Shown in pieces: positions 1-8,556 of a stretch of 64,000 nucleotides of DNA. Below the pieces are notes generated by a model. It did not search any database and was not told the DNA's origin. It saw only the letters and a list, made by a program, of their open reading frames with translations. The stretch's first letter is position 1; the number at the start of each line of letters is the position of its first letter. The DNA comes from an uncultured Lachnospiraceae bacterium (lineage in GTDB: Bacteria > Bacillota > Clostridia > Lachnospirales > Lachnospiraceae). The position numbers were made by a program, and so were the translations under genes. The stretch covers positions 2,144 to 66,143 of the forward strand of contig CAJTWA010000018.1 of the NCBI GenBank assembly GCA_910580195.1. Direction: 5' to 3'.

Positions 1-32
1 CAGGGGCGGCCGTCCTTTGCAGCATTGTTTTC

Positions 33-3000
33 ATGGTAATCGCATTGGTGCAGTTCCAGGGCGGGGAGGAATTCCCCTTGCTGCTGCCGGACCAATTTGA
101 GTACAGCTTCAACGAAAACTGGACTGTGGCAACATTAGGCGGCAGCGGGGGGGCTGAAGCAGCGCTGGAAAGCCACAGCGCTATCCAAAGGCAGTTCCGG
201 GATGCTTTGGAGCAGGGAGGCTGCAAGACGGTAAACCTGCCCTACGCAGGGGAGTGCAGCGCAGGCGACACCGTAGTGTTCCAGAACACGCTGCCGGAAA
301 AGTATGCGGGCCTGACCCTGAACTTTGCTTCCACCCACTCCACGGTACGGGTATCGCTGGACGATAAAATCCTTTACCAGTCGGGGGCTGACGGGGGCCA
401 TGGGGAGGAATCCTCCCATGGGAGTAATGAAAATTTTGTCAACCTCCCAAATTCATTTGAGGAAGGGGAGCTTTGGATTGAAATGGTTTCCACTGTCCCA
501 AATGCTGCTGCAGAGCTTAAGGACGTCATAGTTGAAACCCGGGACGTAATAGTAATCGGGGTAGTGGGGAACCGGATCAGCGACATCGGCTGCTGCCTTT
601 TAATCGTGATTATGGCAATCATTATGTTCGTCCTTGCACTGATCCGGCTGTACACCCGCCAGCCGGCCCGGGGGGAATTTTTCTTAGGGCTGGCCGGGCT
701 TGCCGCAGGCATCCACTGCTTTATCGGGACAGACACCCTAAGCATTTTTTACAATGTCCACGAAGCTTATGAAATGCAGGAATATCTGGTCCTGATGTTC
801 CCGCTGTTTCTGACGCTTTATTTTGAACGGAACCTGCACACCTTTTTCCCCCGCCGTTTTTCTGCACTGTTATGGCTGGTAATCGGGAATGCCGCCATCC
901 AGATTGTGCTGCAGGAACTGGGCATCAGGAGCATGGAGGAAATGGTAAACATTTCTGCGGCCATCATAGGCGCAGCCTGCGTCACTGCCATTGTAAGCCT
1001 TGCGCAGTTTGAACGGAGCCACAGGAGTTACCAGACATGGCTGTTCATTTTATCCATGCTGCTCCTCCTCTCTGGCGGGATTGCAAATGTAGTGATGAAT
1101 ACCGTGCTGCAAAACCCCCATGGGAATACGGCGGGGCAGTACAGCATGACAATATTCGGAATCCTGATGGCTGTCCTGCACACGCTGCAGCTTTCCAAGG
1201 AATACCGGGCGAAGGCGGAGGAAAACGCAAGCCTGCTGGCAGAAAAGGTGCGGATTGCAGAGCAGCAGAACATCCAGTTAGCCCAAGCAAAAAAGGACGC
1301 AGACGCAGCAAGGCAGGAGGCCATGGCCGCCAATGAGGCAAAGGGGAAATTTTTAGCCCGCATGTCCCATGAAATCCGGACCCCCATCAATGCGGTGCTT
1401 GGGATGGATGAAATGATCCTGCGGGAATCCAAGGAACCCCAAATCCGGGAATATGCCATGGATATTTATATGGCAGGCCAGACGCTTTTGTCCCTCATCA
1501 ACGACATTCTGGATTTTTCCAAAATAGATTCTGGGAAAATGGAAATCGTGCCGGTGGAATACGATGTCAGCAGCCTCATCCACGATTTGGCAAACATGGC
1601 GTCCCAGCGGGCAAAGAGCAAAAACATCAGGCTGGAGGTGGAGGCAGACCAAGGCATCCCCTCACGGCTGTATGGGGATGACGTAAGGATCCGCCAAGTG
1701 CTTACCAACATCCTGACCAATGCGGTAAAATACACCCACGAAGGGACGGTCTGGCTGCGGATCCGGAGCTTGGAATCGGACGGCCCGGCAGTGCTGTGGT
1801 TTGAAGTGGAGGATACGGGCATTGGGATAAAAGAAGAAGACCTGCCCAAACTTTCTGCGGAATTTGAACGGATTGAAGAGGAGAAGAACCGGAACATTGA
1901 GGGCACTGGGTTAGGCATGAGCATTACCATCCAGCTCCTTTCCCTGATGGGGAGCAAGCTGCTGGTAAAAAGCGAGTACGGCAAGGGCTCGAAATTTTAT
2001 TTCCAGCTGGAGCAGGAAATTGTGGACAGTACGCCCATTGGGGATTTCGAGGCCCGGGCGCGGCAGCTTACGGAACATTACAGCTACGGCACGAAATTCC
2101 TTGCGCCGGACGCAAAAATCTTGGTGGTGGACGACAATGCAATGAACCGGAAAGTGTTTTGCAGCCTGCTGAAAGAAACCCAGATTCAGGTCACAGAAGC
2201 CGGAGGGGGCAGGGAGTGCCTGGATTTGGTGCAATCCTCCCACTATGACTTGATTTTCCTAGACCACATGATGCCGGAAATGGACGGGGCCGAAACCTTC
2301 CGCCAGATGCAGGGCCTTTCCGATTTCCCCTGCAAGGATACGCCGGTCGTGATGCTTACCGCCAATGCGGTGGCAGGGGCGCGGGAAAAATATTTGGCGG
2401 AAGGGTTTGACGGTTTCCTTTCCAAGCCCATTGTGCCGGAAAAATTAGAAGACATGCTGAAAAAAATGCTACCGGGGGAACTATTGCAGGACGCCCCAAA
2501 ACCTGCTGCCGGGGAAGAACCCGCAAAGGAAAGCGCGCCAAATATTTCCTTGGACGGGCTGCCCCAAGTGGATGGGCTGGACTGGAATTATGCATGGCTG
2601 CATTTGCCGGACATGGAGCTTTTGGAATACACCATCCGGGAGTTTTACGGGCAGATTGAACCTGCTGCACGCCATTTGGAAGAAGCCTACCAGAGCTTAG
2701 GGGAACCCGGCCAGCTAGGCCAGTACCGGATCCAGGTCCATGCCATGAAAGGCCTTGCGGCCACCATTGGGATTGTGCCCCTTGCTGGGCTTGCAAAAAT
2801 ATTGGAATATGCGGCAAAAGGTGGTAAAATAGAAGATATCCATGCCATGACAGGAGTATTTTTAGCAGAATGGCGCAGCTACCGCCAGAAGCTAATAGGC
2901 GTCTTTGGCATAGGGGAACAGGCAAGGGAGGAAGTGGCAGATTATTCCGTCATACAGGCCCTTGTGGAAATGGTGCGTGTCAGCATGGACGAGATGGACG

Positions 3001-3158
3001 TGGACCAGGCAGACCAGCTTATGGGGCAGCTATTGTCCTACGAATACCCAGAGGATTTGGGGGAACATATCCGTGGGCTTCAGGAATCAGTGACGAATTT
3101 AGATGCCGAAGGTGCAAGCCATTATGCAGACTTGCTGATTGGGCAGATGGGAAGGTAG
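33..3158 (+). CDS. Membrane-bound hybrid sensor histidine kinase (multi-TM, HisKA, HATPase, REC, Hpt); probably starts upstream of the window
   Basis: H-box FLARMSHEIRTPINAV, N-box NILTNAVKYT, G-boxes DTGIGI and GTGLG, receiver ILVVDD...IFLDHMMP, Hpt-like VHAMKGLAATIG; frame is open back to the window edge. Confidence 0.92.
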   Translation: MVIALVQFQGGEEFPLLLPDQFEYSFNENWTVATLGGSGGAEAALESHSAIQRQFRDALEQGGCKTVNLPYAGECSAGDTVVFQNTLPEKYAGLTLNFASTHSTVRVSLDDKILYQSGADGGHGEESSHGSNENFVNLPNSFEEGELWIEMVSTVPNAAAELKDVIVETRDVIVIGVVGNRISDIGCCLLIVIMAIIMFVLALIRLYTRQPARGEFFLGLAGLAAGIHCFIGTDTLSIFYNVHEAYEMQEYLVLMFPLFLTLYFERNLHTFFPRRFSALLWLVIGNAAIQIVLQELGIRSMEEMVNISAAIIGAACVTAIVSLAQFERSHRSYQTWLFILSMLLLLSGGIANVVMNTVLQNPHGNTAGQYSMTIFGILMAVLHTLQLSKEYRAKAEENASLLAEKVRIAEQQNIQLAQAKKDADAARQEAMAANEAKGKFLARMSHEIRTPINAVLGMDEMILRESKEPQIREYAMDIYMAGQTLLSLINDILDFSKIDSGKMEIVPVEYDVSSLIHDLANMASQRAKSKNIRLEVEADQGIPSRLYGDDVRIRQVLTNILTNAVKYTHEGTVWLRIRSLESDGPAVLWFEVEDTGIGIKEEDLPKLSAEFERIEEEKNRNIEGTGLGMSITIQLLSLMGSKLLVKSEYGKGSKFYFQLEQEIVDSTPIGDFEARARQLTEHYSYGTKFLAPDAKILVVDDNAMNRKVFCSLLKETQIQVTEAGGGRECLDLVQSSHYDLIFLDHMMPEMDGAETFRQMQGLSDFPCKDTPVVMLTANAVAGAREKYLAEGFDGFLSKPIVPEKLEDMLKKMLPGELLQDAPKPAAGEEPAKESAPNISLDGLPQVDGLDWNYAWLHLPDMELLEYTIREFYGQIEPAARHLEEAYQSLGEPGQLGQYRIQVHAMKGLAATIGIVPLAGLAKILEYAAKGGKIEDIHAMTGVFLAEWRSYRQKLIGVFGIGEQAREEVADYSVIQALVEMVRVSMDEMDVDQADQLMGQLLSYEYPEDLGEHIRGLQESVTNLDAEGASHYADLLIGQMGR

Positions 3159-3173
3159 ATTGGAGGAGCAACA

Positions 3174-3947
3174 ATGAAAAAAATCTTGCTGGTAGGGAAA
3201 CTTAACAATGTGGTAAAGGAAACAAGCACATTTTTATCCCAGTTTTTCCATGTGCAGCTTTGCTCAGAAAATGCAGGCGTCATGGAGGGGATGATGAAGA
3301 TTGTAAACCCGGACTTGGTAGTCATCAGCCTGATTGGGGCGTACGGCATTGACACATCCATGTTTTTCCTTTTAAGCAGCCAGTATGCCGATACCCCGGT
3401 CCTGACGATTGGGACGCAGGAGGAAAGCGATGCATTTTTTAAGTATTATGAGGAAAAGCAGTTTGAAAATTTAATCCGCCCCGTGGAGCATACCACCATT
3501 TTAAATGCCATATGCCGCAGGCTTGGGGTAAATAAGGAGCAAATCGTGCAGGAGGCGCAGGACGGGAGGAAGGAAACAAGCGGCAAGAAGCGCGTGCTGG
3601 TTGTGGACGACAACGGGACGGCCCTCCGGACCATGAAGGCCATGCTGGAGGACCGCTACGAAATTGCCATTGCGATTTCCGGCGCGCAGGCCATGACGTC
3701 CATTGGGAAAAAACGCCCGGACTTGATCCTCTTGGACTATGAGATGCCGGTCTGCGACGGGAAAATGACACTGGAAATGATACGGGCAGACGAGGAGATG
3801 CGGGACATCCCGGTGGTGTTCTTAACGGCAGTAAACGACCGGGCAAACATTGAGGCGGTGCTGAAATTAAAGCCGGCCGGGTACTTTTTAAAGCCCGCAG
3901 TAAAAGACAAGCTGGTTGCAGAGATTGAGAAAATATTGGGGCAGTGA
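3174..3947 (+). CDS. Response regulator with a degenerate N-terminal receiver-like domain and an intact C-terminal receiver domain
   Basis: C-terminal VLVVDD...LLDYEMP...FLTA...KP; GGAGGAG RBS; no DNA-binding domain visible. Confidence 0.85.
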   Translation: MKKILLVGKLNNVVKETSTFLSQFFHVQLCSENAGVMEGMMKIVNPDLVVISLIGAYGIDTSMFFLLSSQYADTPVLTIGTQEESDAFFKYYEEKQFENLIRPVEHTTILNAICRRLGVNKEQIVQEAQDGRKETSGKKRVLVVDDNGTALRTMKAMLEDRYEIAIAISGAQAMTSIGKKRPDLILLDYEMPVCDGKMTLEMIRADEEMRDIPVVFLTAVNDRANIEAVLKLKPAGYFLKPAVKDKLVAEIEKILGQ

Positions 3948-4130
3948 GGAACTGCATGTTACCAAACCAAAGAAGCAGGGAGTAAGGAACTGCATGTTAT
4001 CCAATCAAAGAAGCCGGCAAAAGGGCAGGGAGTGAGGAACTGCATTTATCCAATCAAAGAAACTGCCAAAGGGGCAGGGAGTGAGGAACTGCATGTTATC
4101 CAATCAAAGAAACTGGCAAAGGAGCAGGGA
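3944..4130. repeat. Four degenerate tandem units (38, 50, 49, 50 bp), core GTGAGGAACTGCATGTTATCCAATCAAAGAA...GCAGGGA
   Basis: Unit starts read at 3944, 3982, 4032 and 4081. Confidence 0.9.
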
Positions 4131-5321
4131 ATGGATTATTATTTAGCGCCTTTGGAGGGCATTACCACATATATTTACCGGAATACGTACCACAGCATAT
4201 TTCCCCCTATGGAGAAATATTTTACGCCGTTCCTTGTGCCAAGGCCGAAGAAAGGGTTTAGCAGCCGGGAACGCAAGGATATCCTGCCAGAGCACAATGA
4301 AGGGCTTTTTGTGGTGCCCCAAATCCTTACCAACCGGGCGGAGGACTTTATCTATGCAGCCCGTATGCTGATGGAGTATGGCTATGGGGAAATCAACTTA
4401 AACCTCGGGTGCCCTTCCGGCACGGTTGTCCCTAAGGGGAAAGGGGCAGGGTTCTTGGCGCACCCGGCAGAATTGGAGCAGTTTTTGGATGAGGTTTTCT
4501 CCAAGCTTACCGTGCGCATTTCCATCAAGGCCCGGATTGGGATGGAAAGCCCGCAGGAATTTGGCCCGCTGTCCCAGATGTTCCAGAAATTCCCGCTGGA
4601 GGAATTGATTATCCATCCAAGGATCCGGGCGGATTACTACAAGAACCAGCCCAACCTTGCGGTTTTCGGGGAGGCCTTCCGGGAAAGCAGATGCCCGGTC
4701 TGCTATAATGGGGATATTTTCAGCCCCGGAGATTTGGAACGCCTGCGCTTAGAATTCCCGGGGCTTGCCACGGTTATGCTGGGGCGGGGGATCATCGCAA
4801 ACCCAGCCCTGCGGTGGGAGTGCGGCAGGGAACTCCCTGAAAAGGGCCAAAACCATGGCGCAGGGGAAGAGCCTGAGGCTACGCAGGAATGGTTCCATAG
4901 CGCAGGGGAAGGGCCTAAGGCTACACAGGAATGGTTCCATAGCGCAGGGGAAGGGCCTAAGGCTATGCAGGAATGGTTCCATGGCACAAGGAAAGGGACT
5001 GAGCCTGTGGCAACGCAAGAAGGGATCCTTCTTTTGCAAGGGCAGGGCACAGGGCAGCCAAGGATTCAGGCAGAAAAACACAAAAAATTCCAGCAGTTCC
5101 ACGAAGCCCTCTACCAAAATTACCAAGAAGCCTTTGGCAGGGACAGGGGCGTGCTGTTTAAAATGAAGGAAATCTGGCACTACATGATACAGTCTTTTAC
5201 CAACTATAAGCCTTATGCAAAACTAATCAAAAAAGCAGAATCGCTGCAGCAATATGAAACAGCCGTCCGCAGGCTGTTCCAAGAACAGGAGGTTACATCC
5301 CATGGAAGATTTTCGTTTTAA
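4131..5321 (+). CDS. tRNA-dihydrouridine synthase (Dus) family protein
   Basis: LAPLEG, NLNLGCPSGTV, IHPR, YNGDI and MLGRG motifs; start placed at ATG 4131 after the repeat array. Confidence 0.9.
   Translation: MDYYLAPLEGITTYIYRNTYHSIFPPMEKYFTPFLVPRPKKGFSSRERKDILPEHNEGLFVVPQILTNRAEDFIYAARMLMEYGYGEINLNLGCPSGTVVPKGKGAGFLAHPAELEQFLDEVFSKLTVRISIKARIGMESPQEFGPLSQMFQKFPLEELIIHPRIRADYYKNQPNLAVFGEAFRESRCPVCYNGDIFSPGDLERLRLEFPGLATVMLGRGIIANPALRWECGRELPEKGQNHGAGEEPEATQEWFHSAGEGPKATQEWFHSAGEGPKAMQEWFHGTRKGTEPVATQEGILLLQGQGTGQPRIQAEKHKKFQQFHEALYQNYQEAFGRDRGVLFKMKEIWHYMIQSFTNYKPYAKLIKKAESLQQYETAVRRLFQEQEVTSHGRFSF
4853..5000 (+). repeat. In-frame 42-bp tandem repeat (about 3.5 copies, HSAGEGPKATQEWF) inside the Dus gene
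   Basis: Unit starts at 4853, 4895, 4937 and 4979. Confidence 0.9.
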
Positions 5322-7155
5322 AGTGAACCTAGGCGGCATGATTGAGATTTTGTCCGACCATCTCTACAGCAGCCCGGACGTCTACATCCGGGAACTCCTG
5401 CAGAACGGGGCGGACGCCATCACCGGGAAAAAGAAGATACTGGGGGAAGGGGCGGAAGGGGCGATTACCCTAGAAATTACCGAAGGGGAACGGCTGGTAT
5501 TTACCGACACGGGGCAGGGGCTGACCGAAGAGGAAATCCACCAGTTCCTTGCCATCATTGGGGAGTCCTCCAAACGGGAACTGGGGCAGAAGGAGCTACG
5601 CACCGACTATATTGGGCGGTTCGGCATTGGGCTTCTGTCCTGCTTCATGGTTTCCGACGAAATCTGCATGGTAACGAAATCATGCAGAAGCGAAGATGCG
5701 CCTGTCTTGGAGTGGCGCGGGAAACCGGACGGAACCTATACCATCCGCAGGCTGCAGCAGGACGGGCAAAGTACGGAATGCGCAGGCATACAGCAGGGCG
5801 GGCAAGGCGCAGAAGACGCCTTTTTTCTGGAATCTTCCGGCACAAAAGTAATCCTGACAGCCAAGGAAAGCATGGAGGACTATTTCACCCGGGAAACCAT
5901 TGAGCGCCTCCTTGCGTATTATGGGCTGCTTTTGCCTTTCCCCATTTCCATCTGCCAGAATGGGGAAAGCAAGCAGATCAACCCTACGTACCTCCCGTGG
6001 GAAGGGCGCAAAACCAATAAAAAAGAGCTCCTGCTCTTTGGGCAGATGCTGTTCGGGGAGCAGTTTTTTGACTGCGTAACTTTCCAGTCGGGGGAAGGGA
6101 ATGTGTCTGGGGTGGCCTATATTTTAAATTACACAGTACTGCCTTCCGCCAAGCCCTGCCACCGGATTTACTTAAAGCATATGATGCTGACGGAAAAAGG
6201 GGACAACCTAATCCCCGACTGGGCAGTGTTTACCAAATGCATTGTCCATGCCACGGATTTGCGGCCCACGGCCTCCCGGGAAGGGTTTTACGTGGATGAT
6301 ACCTTGGAGGCGGCAAGGGAAACCATTGAGGACAGCTTAATCCAATACATTGATACCCTTGCAGAAGAAGAGCCGGAGCGGTTCGCCCGTTTTTTCCAAA
6401 TCCACCATTTAACCCTGATGTCCTTGGCGCTGGCAACCCCCAAGCTGTTTGTGCGGCTCATTGACTATTTTGAATTTGAAACCACCCGGGGGACCATGAC
6501 CGGGTACGACCTTAGGATGGGCACGGATCCTTTGGTGTATGCCCCCACAAGGGAAAAATATAAGCAGCTTTCCCAGCTCTTTTTCTCCCAAGGGCAGCTT
6601 TTAATCAATGTTTCCTACGTCCATGCCTTGGACCTGCTGGTGCAGCTTGGCCGGGTATTTGAGAAAAAGGTAAGCCCGGTGGAAGAGTGGGAAATTGAGG
6701 ATTTGATGCAGGATTTATCCCCGGACGACCAAGACGAGGGCTTTGACTTCCTTGCCATGGCGGACCGGATTTTAAAGAAGCGCGACTGCCGGGCAGAGCT
6801 GAAATATTTCTCCCCCGCCCAGCAGCCCACCTTTTACCTGATTGACGAGCAGGCATTGTTAAGCCGCCAGATTGCAGCCTCAAGGGCGAAGGCGGATTCC
6901 ATGTTTTTCCAGATGCTGGACGCCTTTGCGGCAGATATCCCGGACGATACGGCAGCCACTTTATATTTTAACTACCACAACCCCATTATAAAGAAAATGG
7001 TAGAAATTAAGGACGAGGCCACCTTGAAAATCTTTGTGGAAATCCTCTATGTGCAGGCCTTGCAGATTGGCGGGTTCCCGCTGCACAACAACGAAATGGG
7101 CATGTTAAACAGCAACATCCTTGCCTTGATGGAAAGGGGGCTTTCCAATGGCTGA
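5302..7155 (+). CDS. Divergent Hsp90/HtpG-family GHKL ATPase
   Basis: LYSSPDVYIRELLQNGADA, DTGQG, IGESSK, IGRFGIGLLSCF, LRPTASRE; AGGAGG RBS before ATG 5302. Confidence 0.88.
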   Translation: MEDFRFKVNLGGMIEILSDHLYSSPDVYIRELLQNGADAITGKKKILGEGAEGAITLEITEGERLVFTDTGQGLTEEEIHQFLAIIGESSKRELGQKELRTDYIGRFGIGLLSCFMVSDEICMVTKSCRSEDAPVLEWRGKPDGTYTIRRLQQDGQSTECAGIQQGGQGAEDAFFLESSGTKVILTAKESMEDYFTRETIERLLAYYGLLLPFPISICQNGESKQINPTYLPWEGRKTNKKELLLFGQMLFGEQFFDCVTFQSGEGNVSGVAYILNYTVLPSAKPCHRIYLKHMMLTEKGDNLIPDWAVFTKCIVHATDLRPTASREGFYVDDTLEAARETIEDSLIQYIDTLAEEEPERFARFFQIHHLTLMSLALATPKLFVRLIDYFEFETTRGTMTGYDLRMGTDPLVYAPTREKYKQLSQLFFSQGQLLINVSYVHALDLLVQLGRVFEKKVSPVEEWEIEDLMQDLSPDDQDEGFDFLAMADRILKKRDCRAELKYFSPAQQPTFYLIDEQALLSRQIAASRAKADSMFFQMLDAFAADIPDDTAATLYFNYHNPIIKKMVEIKDEATLKIFVEILYVQALQIGGFPLHNNEMGMLNSNILALMERGLSNG

Positions 7156-8281
7156 CTGGCTGGATGAATATGACCCGGAATGGATCATGGACGTGCTATT
7201 GGAGGAAACCGGCCATGGGAAGCCAGCCTTGGAGGTGCTGCGCCAAGCCATCCAAGCAGCCGACCGCCATCAGGATATCCGCTACATGTTTGCCTTCCGC
7301 ATCCAGTTCTGCCGGGAGTCCACCTTTTACGGGGATGGGATGGAACTTATGGTGACATTCCCGGAGCTCCTTGCCCTTGCGGACAAATACCCAGACCAGC
7401 CCGGCGACCGCCGGTATGTGTTCCGGTACGAAGCAGAGCATGTGATGTGGGTCTACAAATGGATTCTGGACAACTGCATGGATTTTTACCAGATTTCCTT
7501 GGAGGACTGCAAGAAATTTCTGGAGGACTACCGGCAGCGCTGCGTCCGCATGGGGCTGAGCCTGCGGAATTACTACAGTACCATGTACGGCTTTTACTGG
7601 CAGATTGACCGGGAATTTTCCGAACAATGTTTCCACAAATATGAAAAACTCCCCCGGGACGGCCACAGCGACTGCCGCGCCTGCGAACGGAACATGGAAA
7701 TCAAGTTTTACCTTGACCGGGAGGACTTAAAGAAAGCAGAAAAGTTAGCGGCTGATATTGAAAGTTTCCGGCTGACCTGCGGGGCACGGGAAAAAAAGAG
7801 CGCATGGCTGCGGATGAAGATTGCCTATATGAATTATTACATGCGCCACGGGGATTACGAAACGGCGCAGGGCTATGCAAAATTGGTGGGGCGCCATTTC
7901 AGCGGGGAAACGGAGTACGAGTGCTGGGACGATTTCCTCGTCTGCTACGCCCATACCAATATCGGGAAAGCCTTGAACATTTACAAAAGCCATTGGAAAG
8001 AGTGGATGGGCCTGCGCTGCCCCATGGATGCCTATGAAGCGGACAAAAGCGCCTGCCTGTTCTTCAAGGAACTGCAAAAAGCACGGAAGGGCAGCACGGT
8101 GAAAATCCATTATGACAGCTCCTTCCCCCTGTACCGGGAGGACGGGCAGTACCAGATTGCAGATTTGCAGGAATTCCATTACCGCAGGGCGAAGGATATT
8201 GCGGAAAAATTTGACTGCCGCAATGGGACAAGCTATTATGTGGATAAATTAGAGGAGAGCCTGCGGGGAGAATTAGGGTGA
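7148..8281 (+). CDS. Uncharacterised alpha-helical (TPR-like) protein with RDxxSDCxxC motif
   Basis: 377-aa ORF overlapping the Hsp90-family stop (ATGGCTGA); aromatic-rich, helical-repeat-like composition; the fold is inferred. Confidence 0.75.
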   Translation: MADWLDEYDPEWIMDVLLEETGHGKPALEVLRQAIQAADRHQDIRYMFAFRIQFCRESTFYGDGMELMVTFPELLALADKYPDQPGDRRYVFRYEAEHVMWVYKWILDNCMDFYQISLEDCKKFLEDYRQRCVRMGLSLRNYYSTMYGFYWQIDREFSEQCFHKYEKLPRDGHSDCRACERNMEIKFYLDREDLKKAEKLAADIESFRLTCGAREKKSAWLRMKIAYMNYYMRHGDYETAQGYAKLVGRHFSGETEYECWDDFLVCYAHTNIGKALNIYKSHWKEWMGLRCPMDAYEADKSACLFFKELQKARKGSTVKIHYDSSFPLYREDGQYQIADLQEFHYRRAKDIAEKFDCRNGTSYYVDKLEESLRGELG

Positions 8282-8311
8282 ACAACTATTTGATGAAGAA
8301 GTCTTTGGAAC

Positions 8312-8512
8312 CGGACGGCAATGCAGGATGGCCCTTCCCCACACAAACTGGGCAACGCTTCGGCGAACTAACTGCTAACTCCGACTAAGGGATTTCAGGA
8401 AAGCCTTCATCCCTAAGTCTGCGTAAGCAGTGGATTTCGCCTCCGCTAAGGACGCCCATGAACCGTTTGCTTAGGGGAAGGGCCATCCTGCATTGCCTGT
8501 GTATTGGAAAAA
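8312..8512. repeat. Dispersed rod-like hairpin element, copy 1 (181-nt core 8317-8497, perfect 24-bp terminal inverted repeat)
   Basis: GGCAATGCAGGATGGCCCTTCCCC pairs with GGGGAAGGGCCATCCTGCATTGCC; homologous to 18543-18743. Confidence 0.92.
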
Positions 8513-8556
8513 ACAACATTCGCTGTAGTAAAAAATCAGGATGGAGGGATATCTCT

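Noticed and set aside
3944..4130. CRISPR array
   Set aside because: The inter-core segments are short and similar to each other rather than unique spacers, and there are no cas genes.
8317..8497. Retron msr-msd, integron attC or intrinsic terminator
   Set aside because: No reverse transcriptase or integron integrase nearby, no RYYYAAC/GTTRRRY ends, and no U-tract directly after the stem on the transcribed strand.
8458..8556. N-terminal extension of Pdp in the ORF track
   Set aside because: It originates inside the hairpin element; the RBS supports ATG 8557.
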